A stretch of DNA of 64,000 bases, from the IMG/VR virus record IMGVR_UViG_3300031452_000003, positions 866 through 64,865 of that record. One strand, written 5' to 3'. Below the pieces are notes generated by a model. It was given only the letters and a program-made list of their open reading frames with translations. It had not been told where the DNA came from and did no database searches. The translations under genes and the position numbers were made by a program. Each line of letters begins with the position of its first letter. Positions within the stretch are counted from its first letter, which is position 1. The DNA comes from a virus. This document shows positions 63,500 through 64,000 of the stretch, in pieces.

Positions 63500-63673
63500 C
63501 TTGGCGGCTGGCTAACGTGGCGTCAATGCCTTCGGTGCCACAGCGCTAACGCGATGTACAATAAAGCATGATAGGGCCGCACAAACGCCCCCGCCGCGCC
63601 GGTTTTTGAGAGTGATACCGCGCTGCGGGCCGCGAACCTTCTGCAACCTTTTCTCCGTAGATGTGTCAGAATA

Positions 63674-64000
63674 ATGGAGAAGAGGCGCTCTCAAAGCCGC
63701 CCTTCATCCGGTCGCTCCGAGGAGGCCCGCCGCCCTTGAAATCTCTGTCCGTCCGCCTTGTTCTCGTCTGCATTCTCCTCTTCGCGGCTCTGACCGTCAG
63801 CGTATCCGCCAAGCCGCCCACGCTGGAACCAGCGGGTGACTTCCCTAGCACAGTTCTGCCAAGCCACACATACACGTTCCACCTAACTTACAAACAGCCC
63901 GAGGGGGATCCGCCACAGACGCTCCAGATGATCATAGACACCCCTTACGGCCAGGTCAGCCAGAAGGCCGCCACGCCCGCTGGCGACCCGGTCGCCGGGG
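63674..64000 (+). CDS. Exported protein, 3'-partial; possibly the flanking host gene
   Basis: ATG at 63674, signal-like RLVLVCILLFAALTVSVSA. The frame is open to the window end. Confidence 0.55.

Larger units (their letters stand above)
1..63500. mobile_element. Temperate siphovirus-like prophage with a Mu-like head module; the left end probably lies just outside the window
   Basis: Colinear integrase, lysis, tail, head, terminase, replication and repressor modules. No sheath gene seen. att sites not identified. Confidence 0.93.

Noticed and set aside
63495-63600. attR or integrase arm sites
   Set aside because: The partner att would lie left of position 1 and cannot be compared. The GCTAAC motifs also occur at internal promoters, which favours an operator role.
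1-64000. Many long overlapping ORFs in the supplied track (e.g. 178..1182, 10044..12800, 14367..16838, 18926..20722, 40203..41648)
   Set aside because: Arg/Pro/Gly-rich shadow frames of real genes, expected at this GC content. They have no motifs or RBS.

Overview
The window is almost entirely one GC-rich temperate, siphovirus-like prophage. A tyrosine integrase, cut by the left edge, lies at 1-772. The immunity region (Cro-like HTH, CI/LexA-like repressor, second XRE) lies at about 61.4-63.5 kb. The main operon runs right to left on the minus strand: replication initiator with iterons, DnaB, VRR-NUC, RlpA-like protein, ParB-DNA methyltransferase, terminase, a Mom-like GNAT candidate, a Mu-like head module, a non-contractile tail module with a frameshifting chaperone, a collagen-like fibre, a GT8-like glycosyltransferase, a lysis cassette and an SGNH-hydrolase protein. 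Plus-strand inserts interrupt the late operon: DUF932, a degenerate second replication module, an IS200/IS605 tnpB element, a RyR-domain gene and an orphan promoter-terminator unit. The most striking items are four. (1) A 1862-aa portal protein carries a C-terminal cargo of helical repeats, a HipA/PI3-4K-like kinase and an R-S-E ADP-ribosyltransferase, while the MuF gene is separate and short. (2) Three DNA motif families are readable directly: seven copies of a non-canonical late promoter, four sigma70 promoters with a shared GTTAGCAA box, and dispersed CGTCC-N9-RRACG operators. (3) An inverted, broken copy of the phage's own origin/initiator region sits inside the tail operon and contains a perfect 24-bp hairpin. 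(4) More than twenty short tandem duplications cluster on start and stop codons. All product calls come from motifs recognised by eye; no database search was run.
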